Assembly (NCBI GenBank): GCA_964234715.1
Contig: OZ174286.1
DNA from: Podarcis melisellensis
Taxonomy: Eukaryota
DNA: 64,000 bases
Reading direction: 5' to 3' (one strand)
Below the pieces are notes generated by a model. That model ran no database searches. It saw only the letters and a list, made by a program, of their open reading frames with translations, and was not told where the DNA came from. Shown piece by piece: positions 36,843 to 49,130 of the stretch. Made by a program: the position numbers and the translations under genes. The stretch's first letter is position 1, and the number at the start of each line of letters is the position of its first letter.

Positions 36843-37138
36843 GCCAGTGTGGTGTAGTGGTTAAGAGTGGTAGACTCGTAATCTGGTGAACTGGGTTCGC
36901 ATCTCCGCTCCTCCACATGCAGCTGCTGGGTGACCTTGGGCTAGTCACACTTCTCTGAAGTCTCTCAGCCTCACTCACCTCACAGAGTGTTTGTTATGGG
37001 GAGGAAGGAAAAGGAGAGTGTTAGCCGCTTTGAGACTCCTTAGGGTAGTGATAAAGTGGGATATCAAATCCAAACTCCCCTTCTTCTTCTTCTTCTTCTT
37101 CTTCTTCTTCTTCTTCTTCTTCTTCTTCTTCTTCTTTT
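36843..37138 (+). mobile_element. Squam3-like tRNA SINE with (CTT)n tail
   Basis: gccagtgtggtgtagtggttaagagtggtagactcgtaatctgg...caaactc followed by (ctt)n. Confidence 0.8.
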
Positions 37139-37175
37139 TTCCCAGTGTACATATGCAGTGCAAAATTTGCCTTGA

Positions 37176-37308
37176 GCCTATGCTCAGTCAACAGAACATG
37201 ATACTTTTAATCTCAAGGCTGTGGGTTTGAGCCCCACATTGGGCAAAAGATTTCTGCATTGTAGGGGATTGGACTTGACCCTCGTGCTCCCTTACGATTC
37301 TACAATTG
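37176..37308 (+). mobile_element. tRNA-Lys-derived SINE with CR1-like tail
   Basis: gctcagtc..agaacatgatacttttaatctcaagg..gtgggtttgagccccacattgggc resembles tRNA-Lys(CTT); followed by ttggact...ccctt..attctac. Confidence 0.65.
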
Positions 37309-38776
37309 AAGGATGGGCTGAGTTCAGGTATTGTTCAGGAGCATTCACATTTAAATGCAAGCTGAACTGAATTTCTCTTTCATTCCGAGGAGTAAGGCCT
37401 ATCTTCTCCATGCAAGATTTCTATACTGAGTGCCGCTTGGGGTGAAATATAACTGCATGCAATTAAACAGTTCTTTAAAACCTTCATTATTTGGATTCCC
37501 TGCTTTCACAAAGACATCTCATTGTCATGCCTGGGACTATTGTTCTGTATTAATAAGCTGACACCAAGCAGCTCCAAACACCAGTGTCATGCTTCGCAAA
37601 TATTTGTCTAACTTTTGCTTGAAGAAAAATGATTAAGAGATTTGAGTTGTTTATACAATACTAGTGTGTTCCAATATAAGCATAGGAGTTTACAGAAGAA
37701 TCCCCATGGCACCAGTCTTTCTCATCTGGATAACCATTTAACTTTGCTTTTATGGAACATATGATGAATAAAGTGCCAAAAATTTGCTTGATATTCCTAG
37801 TGCAAGGACAACAACCCAGAGATGCTCTGCTGTGTGTGCTTGTGTATGATCTAAACAGATTAACAATAAACATTTTATTGGTTTGGCTCTAGATTATGTT
37901 AGTTGTACTTAAGTCTCATTGACTTTAATAGGAGCTAAGTCATAACTGACTGGTTCCATTGATTTCAGTGGGATACAATTTCTATTAACTTTCAGTGCAA
38001 TCCCAAGTCATGTCTGCTCATAAGTAAACATCACTGACTTGCTCCAGCTAAGGATTTTAGCCCTAATCTAGAGCCAAGCTGCTGCATGGTATCCACCTAA
38101 CAAAGGGCCTGTTCACCTGCGTTTATTTATTTGTTCAAAATATTTGTACCAGTGGCACTGTTAGATGGGGGCCTGGGAGCTAGGACTGAGGTAAGAAAGC
38201 ACCAATTCCTTCAGGCAGCCCTTTGGCTCATAGGGATGTTGCTTAATGTCCAGATTTTAAGGTAGGTGAGTGGGAGAGGCAAGGACTATTTTCTACAGAG
38301 TGGCCAAATAGTCTGGGCTAAACCAAGTTGCTTTTATGTAGCTGGTCTATGTGCCGAACTCACGCATGTTTGAAGCCTCCAACAAAAGACCTCCCACTTG
38401 AAAACCAACACATCTTTCATGTATTCCCTTTGTGTCAACTGATTCAGATTAGAAAGGGATCCTTTGTGAGCCAAAATTTCCTAAGGGTGAACCTGCTAAT
38501 GATTAGCTGAACAATGATGTCCGCAAGCCTTCAGTTAGTGCTGAGGAAAATATTCCCCACACACTGTTAAATGAGAAATTATGAACTGGTGTCACTTACT
38601 TTGTTGACATTAATAAACTCTGTAATCCTATACTCATATACAACAGTGTTATTATGAAAATTGTTCTGGCTTTGCTGGAAACACGGCATGTTCTATCATC
38701 CTACACCTTAGTGAGGATCTCAGTCTACCTTCTGCCCCCCTTTTTGAATTTAAAACAGTTAAAAAGTCATGAATGT

Positions 38777-38824
38777 CAAAATCATTCTAATCATTCTAAT
38801 CAAAATCATTCTAATCATTCTAAT
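38777..38824. repeat. 24-bp tandem duplication
   Basis: caaaatcattctaatcattctaat x2. Confidence 0.9.
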
Positions 38825-41800
38825 ATGGCAGTCCCTTGCCCCTTTCTAAAATTTCTGTGTTTTCCTTTCTGTAAATCTACCAAAGAATAAAGTAATATAA
38901 ATTTGGGAATAAGGGGATTTCTCAGGATGGTGGAGGGCATGTATTCTGTGCCCCATTGATGTGGTGGCAGAAAAACTCACCCTTCTTCAGATAGGAAATG
39001 CTCTTTGGGTGGGGGGCACACAAAAATGGGGGGTTGAGGAGGGTCAGTTGGGTGTGTGTGTGAGAGAGAAATTGCCTATTTTCATCTGAGGAATGTTGGA
39101 GGGTATGCTGCAAGTGTCTATTATTTTAAAGACAAAGCTGGCCCTAACGTTAGGCAGAGTGAGGCAACTATCTCAGGTGGCAAATATTGGGGGTGGAAGC
39201 AGCTGTTCCCCCCCGGACATGTGCTTCTTTTGGGGGACTGAGCTGTGTATGCCACAAGACTTCTCCTGGGGCTTTATATTAGTCTGTTGCCTCAGGTGCG
39301 GCAAAGGACACACTCCCAGTGTTTGAAGTAAGCTTCAACTGCCAATGCAGTTGGCTTCTGTTGATGGACTGAGGCCATCTTGTCTTTTACCTCAGGCAGC
39401 AAAATGTCATGCACTGGCCCCATTCATAGTGCCTTATGAAGTTTGATATGCTTCTAAGAGTTGGCAGTTGACTCCTTTTGCCGTAACGTGAGGTAATCAT
39501 TTGACAGCCTGCAATTACTCCTTGTCTCCACTGCCGTAATGTCAAACTACAATCTTGACGCCTGCAGAAAATGTGATTATTAATGTACCTCCTCTAAGCT
39601 CACATCTGTCTCTGGAATTCTGGAGAAGACATGGACAGAAAGGAACATTGTGCGTCTCTAAAGGATGGAGCTTGCCCTTTTGCTCCAACTACTAATTGTT
39701 CTTTAGGGACGACTAGTCAAATGTAAGAGTCAGGACTCGGTGCCCATCAATGTCTTTAATGAGAAATCTCTGAGCAAGGGGTGAAACGTACGTGAAACAT
39801 TCTTCAAATAGGCAGTGACATTTCCCCATTGGGAAATCCCAGAATGTATTTCAGTTAGATAAGCTAGATAAAATGATCGGCAGCGGTTGTCCTCAGGTGA
39901 AGAGCAGAATCCTGCACTCTGTATATAGGTTTGCCAGGAGAATGTGATAGTGAGGAGGAAAGAATTCAGCAAGATTATTTTTTTGCGCTTATAGAAAACG
40001 AACTTTGGGCCTGTCCCTAGGCTAATCCTCAAAGCAGTATAATTAATGACACTGGAGAGTTTGAGAAAGTGAGAAGACCCTTTGAAAAGGGTATTCTAAA
40101 GTTCTAAAGGGGACATCTTCAATTCCCAGAAGGTGGAATTTCAAGTTCATTTAAATATTCACTACTTAGTAATATATAAGTTCAACAGAAAGTCTTAAAA
40201 AAAATCTCTTGTTCATCTATCTGGGAAATGTATCGCTCCTGATATGTTGCTCCTATAAGGAGGCCTGGCTCCATCACAGGTTTTTGGAGGAAGAACATAG
40301 GGCAATGATGTTGGGTCATTACTTCTATTTCCCCTAGTTTATTTTCTCATTTGCTTAAAACAAAATGAATGTACGCCTGGAGTTCTGAGCTACAGCTTGT
40401 CCTACGATAGGTTCAGTTACTGGGACACTAGATCCATTTGGGCCTCTTAATGCATTCTTCCCTCTTATATGCCTTCTTATAATTCTTCCAATGGAATGGA
40501 GTCCTGTTTAGACTCTGTAGGGACATTGCTGCTATCACTGGTAGCCTCCCAAAGTACAATTCTTGGAGGAAACATTCTTGTGGAGTTCAGTCAAGAACTT
40601 CAATCACTCATAGTGTCCCCTAATAGCAGAAAATGCCAGAGGCTAGCATGCAGCGCCATGAATAGAGCACTATTCATAACTTGTACTGTTAAAGCTGATT
40701 TAAACTTCTACATCTTTCCTCCATTAAGGGAGGATCCCGGGCTTTGTGAAACATCGGCATCAATAGCTTTTGCCACCACAATGTTTCATGTTTTTAATAC
40801 CCTTTTAGGAATGTAGCAGTGGCATTAAAAGCAGCATTAAATGTCTGTAAATGTTTTAGAATGGTAAAGCCTGGAGATCAAGTTTCTGTCTTTAGATATT
40901 CCGTTGTTTCCCACTGACTGGTGTCATTAATATTAAACTGGATACCATAGTCCTGACACAAGTAATGGTTTCTGGTAATAAGATTGTTTTAAAAGAAATG
41001 TACTTCTTAAAAGTTTGGGATTTTTCCCAATGCATGTTTACCAAAATTTATGAATTCAAAGCTGTTTTTATTTTGTCTTGATGAAGATGTCTTGGTGTGT
41101 CTATAATTTCCCTCCCCGGCCCAACCTTTTAGTTTCATGAGGAATATTCAGTTTCCTTGTTTGCAGTACTACAAATTGGAAAGAATCTTTTTCCAGTGCA
41201 ATGTTTATGAGATTAGTACAATCTGGACAGTGGAGAGAGCACAGATTCATAAAAAATGCCTGCCCAAATAAACTGACACTGGTTGGGTAAATTGCATTAA
41301 CTCCCATCTATTTTATGCAACTGACTATTTGCTTCCAAGGTGTCTCTTGCCTTAACCCTGTCTGTTGTACATCTGTGCTGTCCAGAGATGGCAGTGTTTC
41401 AAAACATTGCAGCTGAAGGAAATAAGCCTGTTGCTCTTACTATGCCACTCCTATTTGTGATCAGGCATAATTCTGTACGATAAGGCATCAAAGTGTGAAA
41501 TATCAAATTATCAGTGTTCAGCTTTCTCATCTTTGTTGCTCGTTTGACATAAAATAATTGCTGCAGCCAGGAAAAAGTGTTACATATTACAAATGCACCA
41601 CCATCATGGAATGACTGCAAGATCAAGTGATAGGTTGCATCAGAGATAAAAACGCCTCACACATAGCTTTCATGCCAGTTGACAACACAGAAGATACGCT
41701 GTTTTCTGGTGAAAGCAGTTCACACCAGGTGATCAAATAGTGAGTAGTCAGGTGTGTGTACATGTGAAAATAGGGACCACATAGAGTTGGTTGCCTGGTA

Positions 41801-41837
41801 GGGTTGTCATACGTCTGGACAAACCTAGAATACTGTA

Positions 41838-42079
41838 CAGTGGTACCTCGGTTTAAGAACAGCCCTGTTTACGAACTATTTGGTATATGAACTCCACAAA
41901 ACAGGAAGTAGGTGTTCCGGTTAGTGAACTTTACCTCAGTCTACGAATGGAAGTCGGATGGTGGAAGGGCACCGGCGGTGGGAGGCCTCACTGGGGAAAG
42001 CGTGCCTCGGTTTACGAACGGCTTTGGTTTAAGAACAGACTCCCGGAACAGATTAAGTTTGTAAACTGAGGTACCACTA
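41838..42079. mobile_element. Tigger-like MITE (ggtttaagaac/ggtttacgaac body)
   Basis: cagtggtacctcggttt / aaactgaggtaccact, TA flanks. Confidence 0.82.
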
Positions 42080-45000
42080 TAGTGGGAAGCAGTGTGCAGG
42101 CAGAAACCGTCAAAAGTGTATGGGAAAATCCAGACGTATGGCTACCCATGTTGGCAGAGTTGCTTTTGCCTATTTTTTGCGACATCTTTTGTGTCCGCAT
42201 TTTCACTTTTTGAAATATGGCAGCTCTGTTCCCTGGTGATGTTGGACTAACACTCCCATCATTCTTGACTGCTCCCCCTGCCGGCTATGGATGATGGCAG
42301 TGGTAGTCCAACAACATCTGGGAATCCAAGGCTGATACAGAGAGATCCATGGCTTAGAATGATGACCAGTATACATTCTAAAGTGGTTTCAGCACACTTT
42401 GATAAAATATATATTGCTGCTGAAGCAGTGAATGTGTGTCCCAACCAAATTCTGCCACAATCCTGTGCATGATGACTCAAACATAAGTTTTGGTCCGCTC
42501 ACTGGAACTAACTCCTAAGTAAATGTGTCTAGGACTGCAGCCTTAGAATGTCTGTCTTCACCCTTCCGTGATTAGTACAAATCATCAGCACTCATGAGAC
42601 TCTGATGGAGAAAAACTAGAGAAAAATTCAGAGGCCTTGAATGATCCCTGGCTTAAAAAAAAAACTGCAAACCCATCTCATGTAATTTATTATCTATGTG
42701 TTTTTGAACCAGATTTGGCTTTGAAATTCTCTTTTAAATACAAACACTCTTCTTAAGTGGTGTAATTTCCTAAGACTAGCATTAGAAGATAGTGGGTGGT
42801 CTCTTTTGATAATTGTACTGGTTCCCCAATGCTTTGAATGCTAGAACACATGTCCCCTGCCCTTTGCGGGGTCCCTTTTACAATCTTCCAGCTGCCCTTT
42901 TGTTTTTCCAGACTAATTCCACATTAGCTTGCAAATCTGGGAAGGTGAAAGCTAAAGACAGGCAAGATAGCTTGCTTCCAGTCAGCAGGTAAAACCAAGA
43001 ACTGAGGGTACTTCCAGCTGACCTGCTTATTGAGTAGTCAACCTGATTTGTTTCCAGGGAGATTACGAGATGTTGGCTATTTAGTGAGCATTCCTTCCAA
43101 TTTGTTTGCGGGGAGGATAGATGTTGTTGCATCAAAGCAAATGTTATCCCACACTTTCTAGTGCAGTTCTGTGTCACTTTTCTGACCACAAAAATCCCAT
43201 CTTTGGGGAAAGTGGGTTCATAGCACGGGAACACACATTGGCAATATGTGACTGGATCCCAATGGAAAATAGCAATGGTCTCGCCAAAGCACCTTTGATC
43301 TCTGTGGCTCATTGAAACTTCCCCATGGACAGCTGCCTTTTCGGTCTCTTATTTGTTTAGGTTAAGTGTGACTTAGGTAGGTTCATCTTTAAATGTATCC
43401 AACATGCTCAAATTTCAGAGCTTTGCATTTCGAATGGGATGCTGATTCCCTACAAACCACTTACTCTTCTGGATCATGCCACCTGGCTGCCATTGCTTCA
43501 ATTTGTATTTGTATTTATGCACTAAGAGTAGAATTTGCTCAAATAGACAAATCATCCTTCACTAAACATCTGAACGGAAGTAGTTAGCATTTCATATCTG
43601 CCAGTGGACCGTAAAAGAGGAACTGAATTATCTCCACTAATATATTTTGATTGATCAGTATTTACTTTATTTTTCTATTTTTCATTTACTTTATTTTTCA
43701 GTTTATTTAATTGCTTGCTAAAGAGGTTTTGGTTTTTTACACAGATAGTGGAAGATTGTCTTGGCAATGTTCTTGGTATGATTGCTTGAGTTGGCCCCAG
43801 AGACACTTACGCTGCGATAGACTGCAATGCCATTGTTAAATCAATGTGGTTTTTTTTATGGCCTCTGAAAGTGACTTGACAACTTGCTCAAAGGTTGATC
43901 ACTGACAGATTAGAGCACTGATGCAGGATTTTTGTTGAGTTAAACTATGGTGTAATTTTTAAGCCAGAAGGGCAATTCATTGTGTTGGGAGATGGGATTT
44001 ATCACCCCACAGGAATGCAACATTCTTTCCAAAGTCTTTCCTTGGTTTGATATTTAACCAAATCTCGATTCCATGCATAAACGGACAATGCACAAAACAT
44101 GCATAAATGCACAAAACAATAAACGCTAGGCTGCATTTTCTGCGAGGCTCAAACGAATTCTTCCATTTGCTCCACGAGAGGGCACTGTGGGCTACATAAA
44201 CAAAGTGCAATGCCTCGTCCTTCGCACACGCTTATTATTTAAGCAAGAACAAGTGAAGTTTAGAAGGCAACAATCATTTGTTTTCTCTGTTCTGTTAATG
44301 TCCTCCTTCCAACTCTTCCTCCCAGCTTTTTAAATATGTAGAGCTGTTAAAAGGAACTTTGCAGTCCTACCATTCCCTCAAAATAGTTTTTTTAGACATG
44401 AAACCTGAAAAAAGTTTGTTGTTGTAGTAAAGATAGGCTTGTTTACACATTTTAAGATTCCTGAGAATTTCCCCATGCTCACCTATTCTTGTTTGTAGGA
44501 GCAAGATATCTGCAAATTGTTTCGTGGTCATCAGTTTGCTCCTCCTTCCAGTGAATCCATAGGTCTCTGTTACCTTGTAATGAATTATGGATCCATCTCG
44601 CCTTTATGCACTCCAGAGGAGTCCCATAGTGGTGTCTGCAAAAGCAGGGAGGAGCATGCACAAGATAAGAATCCTATGGGTCAAATTCCTAGATCACGAA
44701 AAATCAGAGGCGGAAGGGAATTCTTGTGACAGATTGTCAAAAAGGACAGATAATCAGGAGAAAGGCACGGTATGGTCCACATTCTCTGCCTGTCCATGTT
44801 GTGAGGTAGAGTTCTTCAGAATTTTAAGTTTTTAAAATAATAATAATTTGTATACTGAAAGTAGAAATCACAAGAGTTTCATTGGGCAACACGCATGAAA
44901 GGAATGACAGTATCAATGGAAGTGACTCTCTCTTACAAACTGTTACCAGGCGGAAGTGCTTTCAGAAAGCATTCTTCTTCCGTTGTGCTGGAAATGCTGT

Positions 45001-45155
45001 ATTTACTCAAATGTGATGCATGCCTTTTTTGGCCAAATCAAGTCATGTAAATTAGGGTGTGCATTAGATCTGATGGCATATTTACATTCACCAGCAAATA
45101 CTCTTTTGGTTTCAAGGTTTTCAAAATGGAGGTGCTTATTAGATTCGACGGCGCA

Positions 45156-45625
45156 TTGTTGTTGTTTAGTTGTGTCCAACTCTTCATGACCTCATGGACC
45201 AGAGCACGCCAGGCACTCCTGTCTTCCATTGCCTCCTGCAATTTGGTCAAACTCATGCTGGTAGCTTCGAGAACACTGTCCAACCATCTCGTTCTTTGTT
45301 GTCCCCTTCTCCTTGTGCCCTCCATCTTTCCCAACATCAGGGTCTTTTCCAGGGAGTCTTCTCTTCTCATGAGGTGGCCAAAGTATTGGAGCCTCAGCTT
45401 CAGGATCTGTCCTTCCAGTGAGCACTCAGGGCTGATTTCCTTAAGAATGGATAGGTTTGATCTTCTTGCAATCCATGGGACTCTCAAGAGTCTCCTCCAG
45501 CACCATAATTCAAAAGCATCAATTCTTCGGTGATCAGCCTTCTTTATGGTCCAGCTCTCACTTCCATACATCACTACTGGGAAAACCATAGCTTTAACTA
45601 TACGGACCTTTGTTGGCAAGGTGAT
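45156..45625 (-). mobile_element. Bov-B (RTE) LINE 3' fragment
   Basis: TKVRIVKAMVFPVVMYGSESWTIKKAD.RRIDAFELWCWRRLLRVPW...; (caa)n tail. Confidence 0.95.
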
Positions 45626-46101
45626 TCACGTAAATATTGTATGTCATTTAAGCTTCTTATCTGACTTGATCTGGCTGTCGCATAAGAATCCCATGGGAAG
45701 CAACAAGGCCTGTGCAGAAAAGAAACAGTCAGGACCAAGGAAGTCACCACCCAACGTCTAGCAGAATGAGCAACAGAGATTCCACACAATAGACACAACA
45801 GGGGCCACACAAGGCTGTAGAAACAAGGGCAGGAAACCCTCATCACAGAAGTTCAATGGCTGGATTAGCTCAAGAAGGAGAGCACTGAAAACTATAAAGG
45901 CACCTACACCTACTTTTATGGTTTCTTAACCATTCTACTCTGAAGGACCTCCTTCTGCCAGGACTTTTAGCACATTCAGTTTATGGCCCTCTTAAAATGG
46001 CAATGGCCAACCACCCACTGTGCTGCTTTGCAGAACTTCTACACAGGTTCTTCTCAGAGATGTTCCTGGGTGAAGTTCAAGGTGTTACTATTGGCATAAA
46101 G

Positions 46102-46237
46102 CAGGCATAGGCAAACCTGGCCCTCTAGATGTTTTAGGACTACATTTCCCATCATCCCTGACCACTGGTCCTGTTAGCTAGGGATCATGGGAGTTGTACT
46201 CCCAAAACATCTGGAGGGCCGAGTTGGCCTATGCCTG
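46102..46237. mobile_element. hAT palindromic MITE inserted in an old L2
   Basis: TIR caggcataggc/gcctatgcctg; TSD gcataaag/gtataaag. Confidence 0.85.
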
Positions 46238-46410
46238 GTATAAAGCCTAGCTTGGTACCAATTGACTTGCAAGACTGCCTAACCCCAGATGCGTCCATGT
46301 GAATGCATTGATCTGTAAAACTGGCTATTTTACAAGTGCCACTTAACACTCATTTTGCTGTTATAAGAAATCAATATTTTAATGTGGCAGCCTGGCTTAA
46401 AATGTTTTTA

Positions 46411-47275
46411 TTTGCGTGGACAGGCGGAGTCCCCCAGATCCTGAGTGCCCCCCCTGTCATGTGGAATAACGACTCAAGACAACGTGCTATGGGATTAAAT
46501 TGGCCACAACTTTATTAAATTTCAAATGTGGGTAGACCTTGGCTTAGGCATTGGGCGTTATCCCTCCCCAGTCCCCAGCCGGGGACCTAGGAAGCATCAG
46601 GGTTATCCAGTGTGTGCGTGTGTAGGGTATGGGCCGGCTCTGGAGAACATATGTTCAAGCAAAGATAGCCGCCCCCGTTACGCCGCCGCAGGGGAGAGCA
46701 ATGACGACCTTTCAGCGTACGGTCAAAGCCTTCCTTCAGAAACCCCTTTAACTGGGAACTGTGGTATTGCCACTGCAAAGAGGAAGCTAGACTAAAGGAT
46801 TCTGCCCAAGCCCTGATACCGCCAAAGTTGTGACGTTTTGCTACGGGAAAGGCGAAACCTGCCAATGCAGGAAAATTCCTTTTCGGCCCTTTAACAGTGA
46901 CATTGACGTAGCAGCGCCCGCATACCTGTGAAGAAAAGTTAACCTGCAAACCTGTGAAGAAAAGTTAACCTGCAAAAGAAGACATTAACTGAGGGTGGGT
47001 AGGGTGGGAGAAGCTCTGGAGCCAAGTGAGGATTCCCAGGTAAGATCCTCCCTCTATTGTGTGGGCAGGTAATCCCTCCCCTACCTGGCCTGGTCTCCTT
47101 GGTAATGCTTCCCCCAGGTGGGATTGGACAGCTGACTGAGGTAGGCGGAGACCTCCAGGTATCCCACCTGAGGGAAGGCGAAGCCAAGCCTATGCTGATG
47201 GAGCCGCACCAGATCCAGGGGCTGCGCGCGTCCACGCAAAGGGCGCCCCCCGTTTTTATGCGGGGAGCGGTCATT
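46411..47275. mobile_element. Unclassified non-coding element with asymmetric inverted repeats and terminal hairpin (DIRS/Ngaro-like or Helentron-like)
   Basis: tttgcgtggac (46411) / gtccacgcaaa (47230-47240); hairpin ccccg..cgggg ~47248-47265; no long TSD, att at both junctions. Confidence 0.6.
46924..46975. repeat. 26-bp tandem duplication inside the unclassified element
   Basis: acctgtgaagaaaagttaacctgcaa x2. Confidence 0.9.
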
Positions 47276-47284
47276 AGGAAAGAC

Positions 47285-47506
47285 AACAACAACAATAATT
47301 TTATCATTTAAACCCTGCCCATCTGGCTAGGTTCCTCTGCCACTCTGGGTGGCTTACAGCATATATAAAAACATAGCAAAACATTAAACATTAAAAACTT
47401 CTTGATACAGGGCTGCCTTCAGATGTCTTCTAAAAGTTATGTAGTTCTTTATCTCCTTGACATCTGAAGGGAGGGTGTTCCACAGGGAGGGCGCGAATAC
47501 CGAGAT
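47285..47506 (-). mobile_element. L2 3' fragment
   Basis: Antisense of the L2 family (gggagggtgttccacagggagggcgc). Confidence 0.7.
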
Positions 47507-47691
47507 GTTGTTGCGCTGTGAAGTTAATTATTTTTAAATGTTTTGAATTTTTTTAAAAAAACAATTTCAATACCTCTTCTAAACCGCTTTGAGGTGTTAC
47601 TTTTTTTCAACTTTGATTGAAAGTTTTCCATGTAAGATACCAATAAATATCACACTAATCCAAAACCGAAAAATAGAAAAAGAAGATGCAG

Positions 47692-47692
47692 A

Positions 47693-47743
<51 letters not shown>
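47692..47743. repeat. (AAT)n microsatellite
   Basis: Direct reading. Confidence 0.95.
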
Positions 47744-48258
47744 TATACCACCCTATACCTGGAGGTCTCAGAAAGGAAGAAGAAAATAAAGGAAGGAAGA
47801 AAAGGAAATGACCAAGTCCTCTATCAAAATTAAATCTCAATCCTTATTCCACACACGGAAAAGTGAGCCCTCCCTGCTCTCACCTGGGAGTCCCCCCCCT
47901 TCCCCCAGCGCTGTCCCTCACACAGAGCCTCTCATCTCCATCACCTTCCTGTGTCTATCTTCCGTGATATGAGATAGGGAACTTCAAATTACAGAACAAA
48001 ACCTAAGTATAATGAGAAGAAAGAAAAATAAAATGTTTAAAATAAATGCGCACAAGTAACACCTCTCCTCAGTCAGCTGTAGCTGTTTGTTCTAAAGTGA
48101 TTCCTCCTAACAAGGGCCCTAATTCCTGAAAACAAATTCCGGAATCCATTAAAAATATTACGTTAACCTTCATTCTTCATCTTGTTAATAATGCAACTGA
48201 ATGTGGAGAAATGGAGATGATTAAAAAATGTGTGGATGAAAAACGAAGAATGACGATA

Positions 48259-48518
48259 CAGTCATACCTTGGGATGAATACGCTTCAGCTTAAATATTTT
48301 CAGGTTGCGCTCCTCGGTGACCCGGAAGTAACAGAGCACGTTACTTCCAGGTTTCGCCACTCATGCATGTGCAGACGCTTAAAATGACGTCTCGCCCATG
48401 CGCGGAAGCGGTGAAACACGACCCACGCACACGCAGACGTGCAGTCGCGTCTTGGGTTCGCTTCAGGATGCGAACGGGGCTCCAGAATGGATCCTGTTCG
48501 CATCCAGAGGTACCACTG
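48259..48518. mobile_element. Tigger-like MITE (CpG-rich body)
   Basis: cagtcatacct / aggtaccactg, TA TSD. Confidence 0.78.
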
Positions 48519-49077
48519 TATATGTCTATAGTTTCACAAATTATGAACAGCAACTATGGGTTGTACCCAACTAAAAAAGTGAACATTTAGAGCAACTTCT
48601 TTGAGCACCATGAAACTTTTCTCCCTCACCTATTCCTGCACGCCTCCCAGATATATTATGGGGGTTCTCACCAACCCTCCGGTTCAGAATTAAGAGTCTG
48701 GTGGGGGGTGCGCAGGTGGATGAGAGAGTAGGTCCTCTCTGTTGTGCTTGTGAAAACCGTTCTACTCAAGCAATGATTTTGTTCAATATAAGACTGGAAC
48801 TCTCCGGATGTTCCAGACTACAATCCCCGAAAGCCAAAGTCAAGCAGGTACGGTGGGAATTGTAGTCTATGGTGATGGATCTCATGGAATTGCTTGAATT
48901 TTATATTCATTTCTTCTCCCTATGTCTGAAACATTTAATATTCGAAATCGGAGATAAATGAAGCATTTCTTCTCTGTAGTCAACAGTGTGCATTAAGATT
49001 AAAGAATCCTACTGAACACAAACATATTCCAGGGATTTTCAGCAGATTTATTAAGAATGGGAAACAGAATATATCTT

Positions 49078-49078
49078 T

Positions 49079-49130
<52 letters not shown>
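49078..49130. repeat. (CTTT)n microsatellite
   Basis: Direct reading. Confidence 0.95.

Noticed and set aside
37176-37246. Functional tRNA-Lys gene
   Set aside because: Many substitutions in the stems and anticodon region, and fused to a CR1-like tail
45038-45619. Bovine contamination or a novel horizontal transfer
   Set aside because: Bov-B is an established resident of squamate genomes and the flanks carry lizard repeats
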